Source of the DNA: Myxococcota bacterium
Lineage (GTDB): Bacteria > Myxococcota_A > UBA9042 > PHBI01 > JAWLBL01
Assembly: GCA_041687695.1 (NCBI GenBank)
Contig: JAWLBL010000014.1
Coordinates: 64,001-128,000, forward strand
Reading direction: 5' to 3'
Length of the DNA stretch: 64,000 bases
Under the pieces are notes generated by a model, which was not told the origin of the DNA, searched no databases, and saw only the letters and a list, made by a program, of their open reading frames with translations. Position numbers and translations under genes: made by a program. Positions within the stretch are counted from its first letter, which is position 1. Each line of letters starts with the position of its first letter. Below are positions 52,469 to 61,287 of the stretch, in pieces.

Positions 52469-55400
52469 GGCGCCGGCTCGTAGATCTCGCGCCCGATGGC
52501 GCCCTCGACGACGTCGTCGAGGTGGAAGCGCAGCGGGATGGTCTGGTTGCCCAGCCACAGCGCGGCCTGGTCGTCGAAGAACTCGGAGTCGGGGAGCCCG
52601 GACTGGCCGCCGGGCAGCACGTTCTGGCCGACCACCTGGCCGTCCTTGAGGCCGATGACCATGCGGAACACCGGGCCGCTGCCGTAGGAGAAGTTCTTGC
52701 CGGAAAAGCCCGGGTTGGCGGCGTCCACCGCGAACTGGTCACCGTCGCGCGGGAAGTGCGGCAGCGTGGCGCGCGGGTCCCCCGCGGGCATGTTGCTGGC
52801 CAGCGGCAGGCGCGCCGGGGTGATCGAGAACTGGTCGGCCAGCAGCGACATCCCCGGCTGGTCGCCCAGGAACTCGAGCAGCATCGAGTCGAAGCGGACC
52901 ATGTGGCGCAGCCCCCACAGCCAGCCTTCCATCGGCGTGTCGCCGAACCCGCCCTTGCCGGGGCCGGTCGGGGCCGAGCGCAGGAAGGTCAGCGCGTCCT
53001 GCAGCGCCAGCATCGCCAGCTCGTCGCTGGTCTCGACCTCGGCCGTCCCCTTGATGTCGAAGAAGGCGGACTCCTGGGTGTCCGGGTTCCAGGACGCCAG
53101 CTGCCCCGGGTTGTCGGGGCCGCGCCCCTCGACGAAGTCGGTCACCGCCCGGATGCGGCCGGTGTTGCCGCCGCCCTGCCACAACCCCGGCAGGCCCTCG
53201 TCGTCGAACAGGCGCCCCATGAAGGCGCCCTGCCAGGCGTTGTACAGCGTCGTGGCCACCGCGTCGGCGCGGTCGTCCTCGGTCGGCTGCGCGTAGAAGG
53301 TCTCGACGCCCGAGCGGGCCCAGAAGCCGCGCTCGCCCCAGGCGGCCAGGCGCGCCCGCACGGCGTCGACGGCCTCGGCGTCCGCCGCGTACAGGGCCGC
53401 GAGGCGTCCGTCCGCGCCCTCGGCGGCCTCGGCCTCGTGCGCCGCCTTGGCCGCGTCGATGGCCTCGAGCACGAAGGGCACCAGCTGCTCGCCCAGGCGC
53501 GACTGCACGTTGGCCTGCAGGGTCGCCATCGCCGCGAGGTCGGCCGAGTTGGCGGCTACCTGCGTCTCGAGCGCGTGGTGGATGGTGTCGGCCCGGTAGC
53601 CCTCGGTCCAGGGGCCGCCGATGTACCAGGGGTCGTCGGTCAGCGACCCGTCGATGCTGATGTTGCCGGGGTCGTTGTTGGCGGTCTGCACGAAGCCGCG
53701 CGCCGGGCTGATCGCCTGCGGGTAGGAGGCCAGCGGGACCACGCACTCGTACGGATCCGCCTCGCCGGCCGCCTCGTCGACCAGCTGGTCCTTCAGCGGG
53801 ATGGTGAAGCCGCCGTACTTCGTCCCGTCCAGCAGCAGGTTCGGGTCGGCGCCGTCGGCCCAGCGGCCCTCGGCGTCGCGCTCGAGGTAGCCGCGGCACG
53901 GGACCGGCTGGTAGCCCGTGTACAGGATGTCGCCCGCAGCGTCCGAGGCGACGATGTTCTGCGAGTACGCGACCAGCCCCCGGGTCGCCTGGCGGAACTC
54001 CTCGACGTCCCCGGCGTGGCCGAAGGCGTCCGAGGCCGCGATCACGGCCGCCCCGCCGTCGAGGCCGGCGTAGTCGAAGCTGACCGCCGTGACGACCCCG
54101 TCGCCGTCCTGGTCACCCGGCACGATGTCGCCCGACATCAACGTCAGGATCCCCTCGCCCTCGCCCAGCACCTCGTCCTTCTTGTGCTTGCGCCCCTCGA
54201 CCGCGGTCAGCCAGCGCCCGTCGAAGGTCGTCAGGCGCACCATAGTCTCGGTCCGGCCCTCGCTGCCCAGCAGCGGCACGTCCGCGACGACGATCTCCTC
54301 GTCGAAGCGCTGCACCGGCTTCCACTCGCCTTGAAAGCGCGTGTGCGACGGCAGCCCGTCGTCGCCCAGCTGCACCTCCTCGGCGTACCAGTCGGTGATG
54401 TCGCCCATCAGCTGCGTCTGGCACCAGGCGACCTTGCCGTTGGTGCCGACCGCCATGGTCGGCATCCCCGGGATGCCCATGCCCAGCTGCTGCGTGTCGC
54501 CGCCGCCCAGCAGCGCGTCGTCGAGGCCGATCTGATAGAACAGGCTCGGGATGGTCAGAGGCAGGTGCCCGTCGCCCGCGAGCCAGCTGAAGCCGTCGGC
54601 GCTGGCGTCGCCCGCGACCGCCCACGCGTTCGACCCGAAGCCGACCGACCAGTCGCGGCGCATGCGCTTCTGGAAGCGGTCGAGGTCCTCGGCCAGCTGG
54701 GTCAGCAGGCTGGCCGGCACCCGGCGGTGGGCCGCGCTCGAGGCCGCCCCGGCGAACTCGGCCGCCTTGCCCCCGCTCGAGGCGTCGCTGGCCTGGGTGG
54801 GCGTCGGCCCCGGCTGCAGCCCCTCGGCGGTCTCGACGCCGAAGCCGGCGGCCGAGCTGATGGGCTTGACCGGCGCCACGCGCTCCCAGATGTCGTGCCG
54901 AGCGCCGGCGCGGCGGAGGTCCTGCAGCGGGGCCCCCTCGAACAGCTCGTCCAGCTGGGCCGCGGCCGCCGCGCGCCCCACGTCGCCGGTCTCGTAGCCC
55001 AGGTTGTAGATGATGGCCGCCGCCATGCCGGCCACGTCGCGCCGCGTGAACGGCACCATCAGATCCGACGGCTGCTCGGCCCCGACCAGCGGGCCCGCGA
55101 TGTCGTACTCGGCCGGGACGGGCAGCTTGCCCTCCTTGGCCAGCTTGGCGTAGGCGTTGATGCCCTCGGCGAAGGCGTCGAACAGCTCGGCCTGCGCCGG
55201 CGTGAGGTCCGCGATCATGTTGTCGGCGACGAAGGTCATGCCGTTGCCGCGCGCCTCCCGGTCGGTCGACAGGGCGGCGTCGCCCAGCAGCTCGGAGACG
55301 CGGCCGAGGCCGAAGCGACGCGTGAGATCCAGCTGGAAGTAGCGGTCGCGCGCGACGACGAACCCGTACATGAACGACAGGTCGCGGCGGTTCTTCGCGT

Positions 55401-55710
55401 AGACGTGCGGGACGTTGCCTTCGGTACGCACCACATGGGCGGGCGCCGACAGCCCCTCGAGGGCCCAGCGCTCGCTCTCGGCGACGCCGACGATCTTGTC
55501 GAGGGCGGTCGGCCCGGCGTCCACCTCGGGCTCGGCGTCGGGCGCGGCGGCGTCGACGTCCTCGCCGCCCGCGTCGGGGTCGGCGTCCTCTCCGGTGGCG
55601 TCCGCGGCGTCGGCGGCCACGTCCGGGGACGCGTCGGCGGGCGCGGGCTTGGGATCGTCGCCGCAGCCGATGGCGGCGGCGCAGGCGAGGGGCAACAAGA
55701 GGCGGCGCAT
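52465..55710 (-). CDS. Penicillin acylase family (Ntn hydrolase, S45) lipoprotein
   Basis: AIGC; GNVPHVYA, ARDRYFQLDLTRR, GSNAWAV nucleophile, QTANND, LPGGQSG. Confidence 0.9.
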   Translation of the reverse strand: MRRLLLPLACAAAIGCGDDPKPAPADASPDVAADAADATGEDADPDAGGEDVDAAAPDAEPEVDAGPTALDKIVGVAESERWALEGLSAPAHVVRTEGNVPHVYAKNRRDLSFMYGFVVARDRYFQLDLTRRFGLGRVSELLGDAALSTDREARGNGMTFVADNMIADLTPAQAELFDAFAEGINAYAKLAKEGKLPVPAEYDIAGPLVGAEQPSDLMVPFTRRDVAGMAAAIIYNLGYETGDVGRAAAAAQLDELFEGAPLQDLRRAGARHDIWERVAPVKPISSAAGFGVETAEGLQPGPTPTQASDASSGGKAAEFAGAASSAAHRRVPASLLTQLAEDLDRFQKRMRRDWSVGFGSNAWAVAGDASADGFSWLAGDGHLPLTIPSLFYQIGLDDALLGGGDTQQLGMGIPGMPTMAVGTNGKVAWCQTQLMGDITDWYAEEVQLGDDGLPSHTRFQGEWKPVQRFDEEIVVADVPLLGSEGRTETMVRLTTFDGRWLTAVEGRKHKKDEVLGEGEGILTLMSGDIVPGDQDGDGVVTAVSFDYAGLDGGAAVIAASDAFGHAGDVEEFRQATRGLVAYSQNIVASDAAGDILYTGYQPVPCRGYLERDAEGRWADGADPNLLLDGTKYGGFTIPLKDQLVDEAAGEADPYECVVPLASYPQAISPARGFVQTANNDPGNISIDGSLTDDPWYIGGPWTEGYRADTIHHALETQVAANSADLAAMATLQANVQSRLGEQLVPFVLEAIDAAKAAHEAEAAEGADGRLAALYAADAEAVDAVRARLAAWGERGFWARSGVETFYAQPTEDDRADAVATTLYNAWQGAFMGRLFDDEGLPGLWQGGGNTGRIRAVTDFVEGRGPDNPGQLASWNPDTQESAFFDIKGTAEVETSDELAMLALQDALTFLRSAPTGPGKGGFGDTPMEGWLWGLRHMVRFDSMLLEFLGDQPGMSLLADQFSITPARLPLASNMPAGDPRATLPHFPRDGDQFAVDAANPGFSGKNFSYGSGPVFRMVIGLKDGQVVGQNVLPGGQSGLPDSEFFDDQAALWLGNQTIPLRFHLDDVVEGAIGREIYEPAP

Positions 55711-55879
55711 CGAGGGCTCCCGGGGCAAGGTCGGGCGGAGCCTAGCAGCAGCCGGGGCCCCGCGCCACTCGCTCCGGGGCCGGGCGGCGCCGGGCCGCCG
55801 CGGCGTCTCGCCCCTTGGTCGCCGCCGAGTCCGTGTTGTAGAACCTCGGGCACCTGCCGCCAGCCCACGAGGTGCCGCC

Positions 55880-57817
55880 GTGTCCAGCTTCTACCGCGAC
55901 AACGCCGATCTGCAGTTCTACGTCGAGCGCTGGATCGACTGGGAGCCGCTGGCGCGGCTGACCGAGCAGGGCTTCCGGCACGCCGAGGGCTTTGGCGACG
56001 CCGCCGAGGCGACCCAGTTCTATCGGGACATCCTCGAGATGGTGGGCGAGTTCGTCGCCGAGGAGGTCGCGCCCCACGCCGCCGCCATCGACCGGCAGGG
56101 GCTGACGCTGAAGGACGGCGAGGTCGTCTTCCCGCCGCAGCTCGAGGCCATCTTCAAGAAGATCAAGGATCTGGAGCTGCACGGCATGTGCCTGCCGCGG
56201 GAGCTGGGCGGCATGAACGCGCCGCTGCTCCTGTACATGCTCTCGTCGGAGCTGCTCGCGCGGGCCGACGTGTCGGTGATGACGCACCACGGCTTCCACG
56301 GCGGCATGGCGATGGCGATGCTGCTCTTCTCCATCAACGAGGGCACGACCACCTGGGACCAGGCGACCGGGACCATCGCCAAGACGCGCTTCGAGGACTT
56401 CATCCGCGAGATCGGGCGCGGCGACGCCTGGGGCTGCATGGACATCACCGAGCCCGACGCCGGCAGCGACATGTCCGCCCTGCGGGCCCGCGGCGAGCAG
56501 GACGAAGCCGGCCAGTGGACCGTCACCGGCCAGAAGATCTTCATCACCTCGGGGCACGGCAAGTACCACTTCGTCATCGCGCGCACCGAGCCCGCGCCGG
56601 CCCGCTCGGACGACCCGATGGCGGGGCTCAAGGGCCTGTCGATGTTCCTCGTGCCCACCTACCGCGACACCGGCAAGGGCAAGTCCGCCAAACGCGAGCG
56701 CCTCGCGACGGTCGAGCGGCTCGAGGAGAAGCTGGGCCACCACGGGTCGGCGACCTGCACCATCGCCTTCGACCGCACGCCGGCCCTGCTCGTCGGCCAG
56801 CGCGGCGAGGGCTTCAAGCACATGCTGACGCTGATGAACAACGCCCGCATCGGCGTCGGCTTCGAGTCCATCGGCCTGTGCGAGGCGGCCATCCGCATGG
56901 CCGAGGCCTACGCCGCCGAGCGGCCGTCGATGGGCAAGACCATCGACCGGCACGAGATGATCGCCGACTACCTCGACGAGATGCGCACCGACGTCGCCGG
57001 CCTGCGGGCCATGGCCGTGCACGGCGCCTACTGCGAGGAGATGGCCCACAAGACCCGCCTGTATCGCCTGCTGACGATGGCGCCGGGCAGCCTCGAGGCC
57101 AAGCGCTCCGAGCGCGACGAGCAGCGCTGGACCCGGCGGTCGCGCCGCGTGACGCCGCTGCTCAAGTACCTGGCCGCCGAGAAAGCGGTCGAGATGGCGC
57201 GACGCGCCGTGCAGATCCACGGCGGGGTCGGCTACACGACCGAGTACGGCGCCGAGAAGCTCCTGCGCGACGCGATGGTGATGCCCATCTACGAGGGCAC
57301 CAGCCAGATCCAGGCGCTGATGGCCATGAAGGACAAGCTGTCGGCCATCATGAAGAACCCGCAGCGCTTCCTGCGCGACGTCGCCCAGGCGCGCTGGCGC
57401 TCGCTGTCGGCCCGCGACCCGCTCGAGCGGCGCCTCGCCCGCGTGCAGGTCCTGAGCCTGGCCGCCCAGCAGCACCTCATCACCAAGACGGCGGTCGACA
57501 AGCTCCGCTCGGCCACCCGCCGCCCGCTGCCCGAGTGGAGCCAGGCGGTGCTCAAGGACTGGAACCCCAAGCGCGACTTCGCCTACGCCATGCTCCACGC
57601 CGAGCGCCTGACACGCCTGCTCGCCGACGAGATGATCGGTGAGCTGCTCTGGGAGCAGACCCAGCGCTTCCCCGAGCGCCGCGATCTGCTCGACCGCCAC
57701 CTCGAGCGCGCCGAGCCCCGCGCCCGCTGGCTGCACGAGGAGATCACCACCACCGGCGACCGCCTCATCGCCCGCCTCGCCGACGCCAGCCCCTCCGACG
57801 TCGCCCGCACGGCCTGA
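55880..57817 (+). CDS. Acyl-CoA dehydrogenase
   Basis: ITEPDAGSD, GQKIFITSG, EEKLGHHGSATC, QIHGGVGY, IYEGTSQIQ. Confidence 0.93.
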   Translation: MSSFYRDNADLQFYVERWIDWEPLARLTEQGFRHAEGFGDAAEATQFYRDILEMVGEFVAEEVAPHAAAIDRQGLTLKDGEVVFPPQLEAIFKKIKDLELHGMCLPRELGGMNAPLLLYMLSSELLARADVSVMTHHGFHGGMAMAMLLFSINEGTTTWDQATGTIAKTRFEDFIREIGRGDAWGCMDITEPDAGSDMSALRARGEQDEAGQWTVTGQKIFITSGHGKYHFVIARTEPAPARSDDPMAGLKGLSMFLVPTYRDTGKGKSAKRERLATVERLEEKLGHHGSATCTIAFDRTPALLVGQRGEGFKHMLTLMNNARIGVGFESIGLCEAAIRMAEAYAAERPSMGKTIDRHEMIADYLDEMRTDVAGLRAMAVHGAYCEEMAHKTRLYRLLTMAPGSLEAKRSERDEQRWTRRSRRVTPLLKYLAAEKAVEMARRAVQIHGGVGYTTEYGAEKLLRDAMVMPIYEGTSQIQALMAMKDKLSAIMKNPQRFLRDVAQARWRSLSARDPLERRLARVQVLSLAAQQHLITKTAVDKLRSATRRPLPEWSQAVLKDWNPKRDFAYAMLHAERLTRLLADEMIGELLWEQTQRFPERRDLLDRHLERAEPRARWLHEEITTTGDRLIARLADASPSDVARTA

Positions 57818-57837
57818 CGCCGGACACGCCCCCCGCC

Positions 57838-57986
57838 CTCCGCCACGGCCACGGCCTCCGCCACGGCCACGCTCACGGCCTCCGCCACGGCCCACGGCCT
57901 CCGACACGGCCACGGCCTCCGCCACGGCCACGCTCACGGCCTCCGCCACGGCCACGGCCACGGCCACGGCCTCCGCCACGGCCCAC
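57838..57986 (+). repeat. Degenerate (GGCCAC)n tandem array #3
   Basis: Hexamers GGCCAC, GGCCTC, CGCCAC and GCTCAC; reverse complement of the array #2 vocabulary. Confidence 0.92.
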
Positions 57987-57999
57987 AGCCGCGCCCCGC

Positions 58000-58392
58000 T
58001 CAACCCTCCGGCAGCCGCTCCCTCACCACCGCCAGCCAGTACGCCTCCCCGTGGAACTGGCTCATCCGCCCCAGCACCTTGCCGTCGCGCACCAGCACGA
58101 ACGTCGGGATGCCGTGCACGGCGAACCGCGTCGCCAGCGCGGGGTGCTCGTAGGCGTTCACGGTCACCAGGCGCATGGCCGCCCCGGCCAGCGCGTCGAG
58201 CAGCCGCTCCCGGTGGGCCGCGAACACCTCGCAGTTCGGGCACCGCGGCCCCCAGAAGTCGACCACCACCAGCTCGCCCCGAGGCGCCAGCACCTTCGCG
58301 TCGAAGTCCTCGGGGCTCGCCTCGAGGACCGGGGGCCGGCCACGCACCACCTCCGGGCCGTCGCCGGCCTGCGCCTCACCCTCGTCAGGCAA
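58000..58392 (-). CDS. Thioredoxin family protein
   Basis: VVDFWGPRCPNC, GIPTF. Confidence 0.88.
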   Translation of the reverse strand: MPDEGEAQAGDGPEVVRGRPPVLEASPEDFDAKVLAPRGELVVVDFWGPRCPNCEVFAAHRERLLDALAGAAMRLVTVNAYEHPALATRFAVHGIPTFVLVRDGKVLGRMSQFHGEAYWLAVVRERLPEG

Positions 58393-58585
58393 AGCCGTGC
58401 TCCGAGCCGCGCTCGGCGCGCTCCAGCTTGGCCAGCAGATCCGCCAGGAACGCCCGGCGCAGCTTCAGCTTGTCCCGATACTCCGAGAGGATCGTGTGGT
58501 GGATCTCGTTGTTCAGCTCACCCATTCGGATGCGCACGAGTCCGCGGATCTCCTCGATCTCCTGCGCCGTCAGGTCGATGGACAT
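58385..58585 (-). CDS. Small hypothetical helical protein (66 aa)
   Basis: MSIDLTAQEIEEIRGLVRIRMGELNNEIHHT...; GGAG RBS; overlaps the thioredoxin start. Confidence 0.65.
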   Translation of the reverse strand: MSIDLTAQEIEEIRGLVRIRMGELNNEIHHTILSEYRDKLKLRRAFLADLLAKLERAERGSEHGFA

Positions 58586-58680
58586 GGCTCCCTCCCGCGA
58601 GTCGACGGTCGACCGATACCGTAGAGACGCCGAGCCGGACATCCAACTCACCCCTGCGCCGCAGCTGAGCGACGCCGCCC

Positions 58681-60006
58681 TCAGCGCTCCCAGGCCGTGT
58701 TGCCGTACCCGCCGCCCTTGGCGACCATGTACTGGTAGCGGCCGTCGGCGCTCATCAGGTACAGGCCGGTGCCCTCGCGCCGCGACGAGATGAACGCGAT
58801 GTAGCGGCCGTCGGGGCTCCACGAGGGGTCCTTGTTGATGCCCTGGTCCTGCGTCAGGCGCGCCATCGTGCCGCTCTCGGTCACCGTGAAGATGTCGGAG
58901 ACGCCCTCCTCCATCCCGGCGAAGACGATGAGGCCGTTCTTGCCCCAGTCGGGCGCGTAGTTGTAGCTGCCCGCGTGGGTCAGGCGCGTCATGCCGCCGC
59001 CCGAGACGCTCATCATGTAGATCTGCGGCCCGCCCGCGGCCGACGAGACGAAGGCGATCTTGCTGCCGTCGGGCGAGAAGGTCGGCGCGACCTCGTCCGC
59101 GTCCGAGTTGGTCAGGTTGCGGATGACCTTGCCGTCCTTGCCCAGCAGGTAGAGATCCGACTGCCCGCCGTAGCTGATGGAGGCGACCATCTGCGAGCCG
59201 TCGGGGCTGACGGCGACCTTGCGGTAGTGCCCGGCGTCGCTCGAGAGCTTGCGGGTGCCGAAGTAGAGATCGGGCTTGCCGTCCTTGAACGACGTGTACA
59301 GGACCCCGCCGAAGCCCCACGACGGCAGCAGGTTGATGGACCCGTTGCCGACCAGCCCCGACCGGTTGGCGCCGTCCATGTCCATGACGCCGATGCCCTT
59401 GACCCCGGGGCCCTGCTTGACCGCGTAGGCGATGCGCGTGTCGAAGACGCCGGCGGTCCCGGTCAGCGCCAGCATGACCCCGTTGGCGAACTTGTGCGTG
59501 ACGCGCCGCAGATCCTTGTCGCTGACGTTCTTGAAGGACTGCTGCTCGACCGGGATCAGCTTCTGCTGCGTCACGTTGTACAGACGGAACTCGACCGTGT
59601 GGCTGCCCTGCCCGCGGACCTCGGCCTTGATGAGGAAGCGCGCGCCGATGTTGCCCCAGTCGCCCCACTTGATGTCGCTGAGCCCCTCGGCCGGGTCGGC
59701 CAGGTAGCTGCGCGGCGGCAGCACCTGCAGGAAGAACGACAGCAGCATGTCGCGGCGCAGCACGTCGCTGACGGTGCCGCACGCCTTGGGCGAGGCGCCG
59801 AAGCAGAGCGCGTCCGGGATGGCGATGGGCTCGAGCTGGCTCGCGCCGGGCCCGACGATCACGTGGATGCCGTCCTCGGCCTCGCCCACCGCGCCCCCGG
59901 TCGCCTCCTGCGCCCGCGCCGGCCCGGCCACGAGCAGGGCCAGCGCCAGGCTCGCCACCGCCGCTCCGAACCGCGCTCCGCCCACTCGCCCCGTCATCCC
60001 TTGCAC
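58681..60006 (-). CDS. tolB: TolB-like periplasmic beta-propeller protein
   Basis: PIAIP, HKFAN...TGTAGVFDTRIAY, MDMDGAN, repeated PxFSPDG/PSWSPDG (PD40). Confidence 0.85.
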   Translation of the reverse strand: MQGMTGRVGGARFGAAVASLALALLVAGPARAQEATGGAVGEAEDGIHVIVGPGASQLEPIAIPDALCFGASPKACGTVSDVLRRDMLLSFFLQVLPPRSYLADPAEGLSDIKWGDWGNIGARFLIKAEVRGQGSHTVEFRLYNVTQQKLIPVEQQSFKNVSDKDLRRVTHKFANGVMLALTGTAGVFDTRIAYAVKQGPGVKGIGVMDMDGANRSGLVGNGSINLLPSWGFGGVLYTSFKDGKPDLYFGTRKLSSDAGHYRKVAVSPDGSQMVASISYGGQSDLYLLGKDGKVIRNLTNSDADEVAPTFSPDGSKIAFVSSAAGGPQIYMMSVSGGGMTRLTHAGSYNYAPDWGKNGLIVFAGMEEGVSDIFTVTESGTMARLTQDQGINKDPSWSPDGRYIAFISSRREGTGLYLMSADGRYQYMVAKGGGYGNTAWER

Positions 60007-60292
60007 CTCGGCCCTCCCGACGTCGATCGCCGCGCCAACGGACCGCCCCCGCGCCCCATTCCCAGGGGTCCGCTCGGGGGCTCACCCACCGGATCGCGCG
60101 CGCAGTCTGCGGCCCGGCTCCCGCCCGGACAAGTTTCCGACGCGCCGCATCATGGCGCCCCTCCCCCGCCGCCCCACCCGCTCCGAACGGGCCACGCTCA
60201 CGGCCGGACCCGCGACGGTCCCTGCCCCCCTTGCGACGGAGGCGCCCCGGTGCCATGCTTCCACCCGCTCGCGACAAGGAGTCCGTCTCGCC

Positions 60293-61009
60293 ATGGTCCT
60301 TCGCCTCAGCCCCCGCCGCAGCACCCTCGCGGTGCTGACCGCCGCCGCGTTCGTCGTCGCGCCCCTGTCGGCCTCGGCCCGCCCGCCGGCCCGCGGCGCC
60401 GCCAAGCCGGCCGCCGCCGCCCCGGGTTCGGTCGTGGTCTTCTCGACGACGACCGGCGCCACGGTCGAGATCGACGGCAAGCCCGTCGGCACGATCCCCC
60501 TCAAGGACCCGATCATGCTCGAGCCGGGTCAGCACTCCATCCGCGTGCACCTGCGCGGCTGGACCGAGCACATCGACACCTTCACGGTGCCGGCCGGCGA
60601 CGAGGTCGAGCTCGAGATCGACCTCATCCCCAGCGCGGGCATCGTCAAGATCGTCACCCCGCAGCCGGGCGCGACGGTCAAGGTCAACGGCAAGGTCGTC
60701 GGCGTCACCCCGTTCGACCAGGACGTCCCGGTCGGCACGGCCGAGATCAACGTCTCGATGCCGGGCTACAAGGATCAGACGCGCACGGTCGAGGTCACGC
60801 CCGGCAAGGCCTACGATCTCGACTTCCAGCTCGAGGCCCTGCCCAACGCCGGCCCGATCGGCGGCGCGGCGGGCAGCGCGGCCTTCTACGAGACCTGGTG
60901 GTTCTGGACCGCCATCGGCGTGGCGGCCGCAGGCGCCGGCGCGGCCGTGGCCCTGTCCGGCGACACCGCCCAGGCCCCGACCCCGAACTGGATCGTCAAC
61001 GTGCCCTGA
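60293..61009 (+). CDS. PEGA domain protein (two PEGA repeats, C-terminal YETWWFW TM anchor)
   Basis: GATVEIDGKPVG, GATVKVNGKVVGVTP, FYETWWFWTAIG. Confidence 0.88.
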   Translation: MVLRLSPRRSTLAVLTAAAFVVAPLSASARPPARGAAKPAAAAPGSVVVFSTTTGATVEIDGKPVGTIPLKDPIMLEPGQHSIRVHLRGWTEHIDTFTVPAGDEVELEIDLIPSAGIVKIVTPQPGATVKVNGKVVGVTPFDQDVPVGTAEINVSMPGYKDQTRTVEVTPGKAYDLDFQLEALPNAGPIGGAAGSAAFYETWWFWTAIGVAAAGAGAAVALSGDTAQAPTPNWIVNVP

Positions 61010-61016
61010 CGGGCCT

Positions 61017-61268
61017 CTACGCGCCCTGATTCGACCCGTGGGGCCCGGCGCCTGGCCGCCGCCCCATCCGCAGGCTCCCCAGCGAGACCTGCGTGACGCC
61101 GCCCCGACCGCCGCCCTGCGCGTCCGGTCTGGGCGGCGTCTGCGTCTTCGAACACGACCCGCAGTCGTGACCGCCGTCGAAGCGACGCCGCAGCCACAGG
61201 GCCAGCGCGATGCCCGCCACGGCCAGAGCGAGGGCGACGGGATCCTGCCAGGTCAGGTGCCAGTTCAT
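61017..61268 (-). CDS. FeoB-associated small Cys-containing membrane protein
   Basis: WQDPVALALAVAGIALALWL TM followed by CGSC; directly downstream of feoB. Confidence 0.65.
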   Translation of the reverse strand: MNWHLTWQDPVALALAVAGIALALWLRRRFDGGHDCGSCSKTQTPPRPDAQGGGRGGVTQVSLGSLRMGRRPGAGPHGSNQGA

Positions 61269-61287
61269 CGCAAGTCCATCGGCGGCG

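Noticed and set aside
52522..57642. 1706-aa plus-strand ORF
   Set aside because: Shadow of the acylase (antisense) and off-frame over the acyl-CoA dehydrogenase; no motifs
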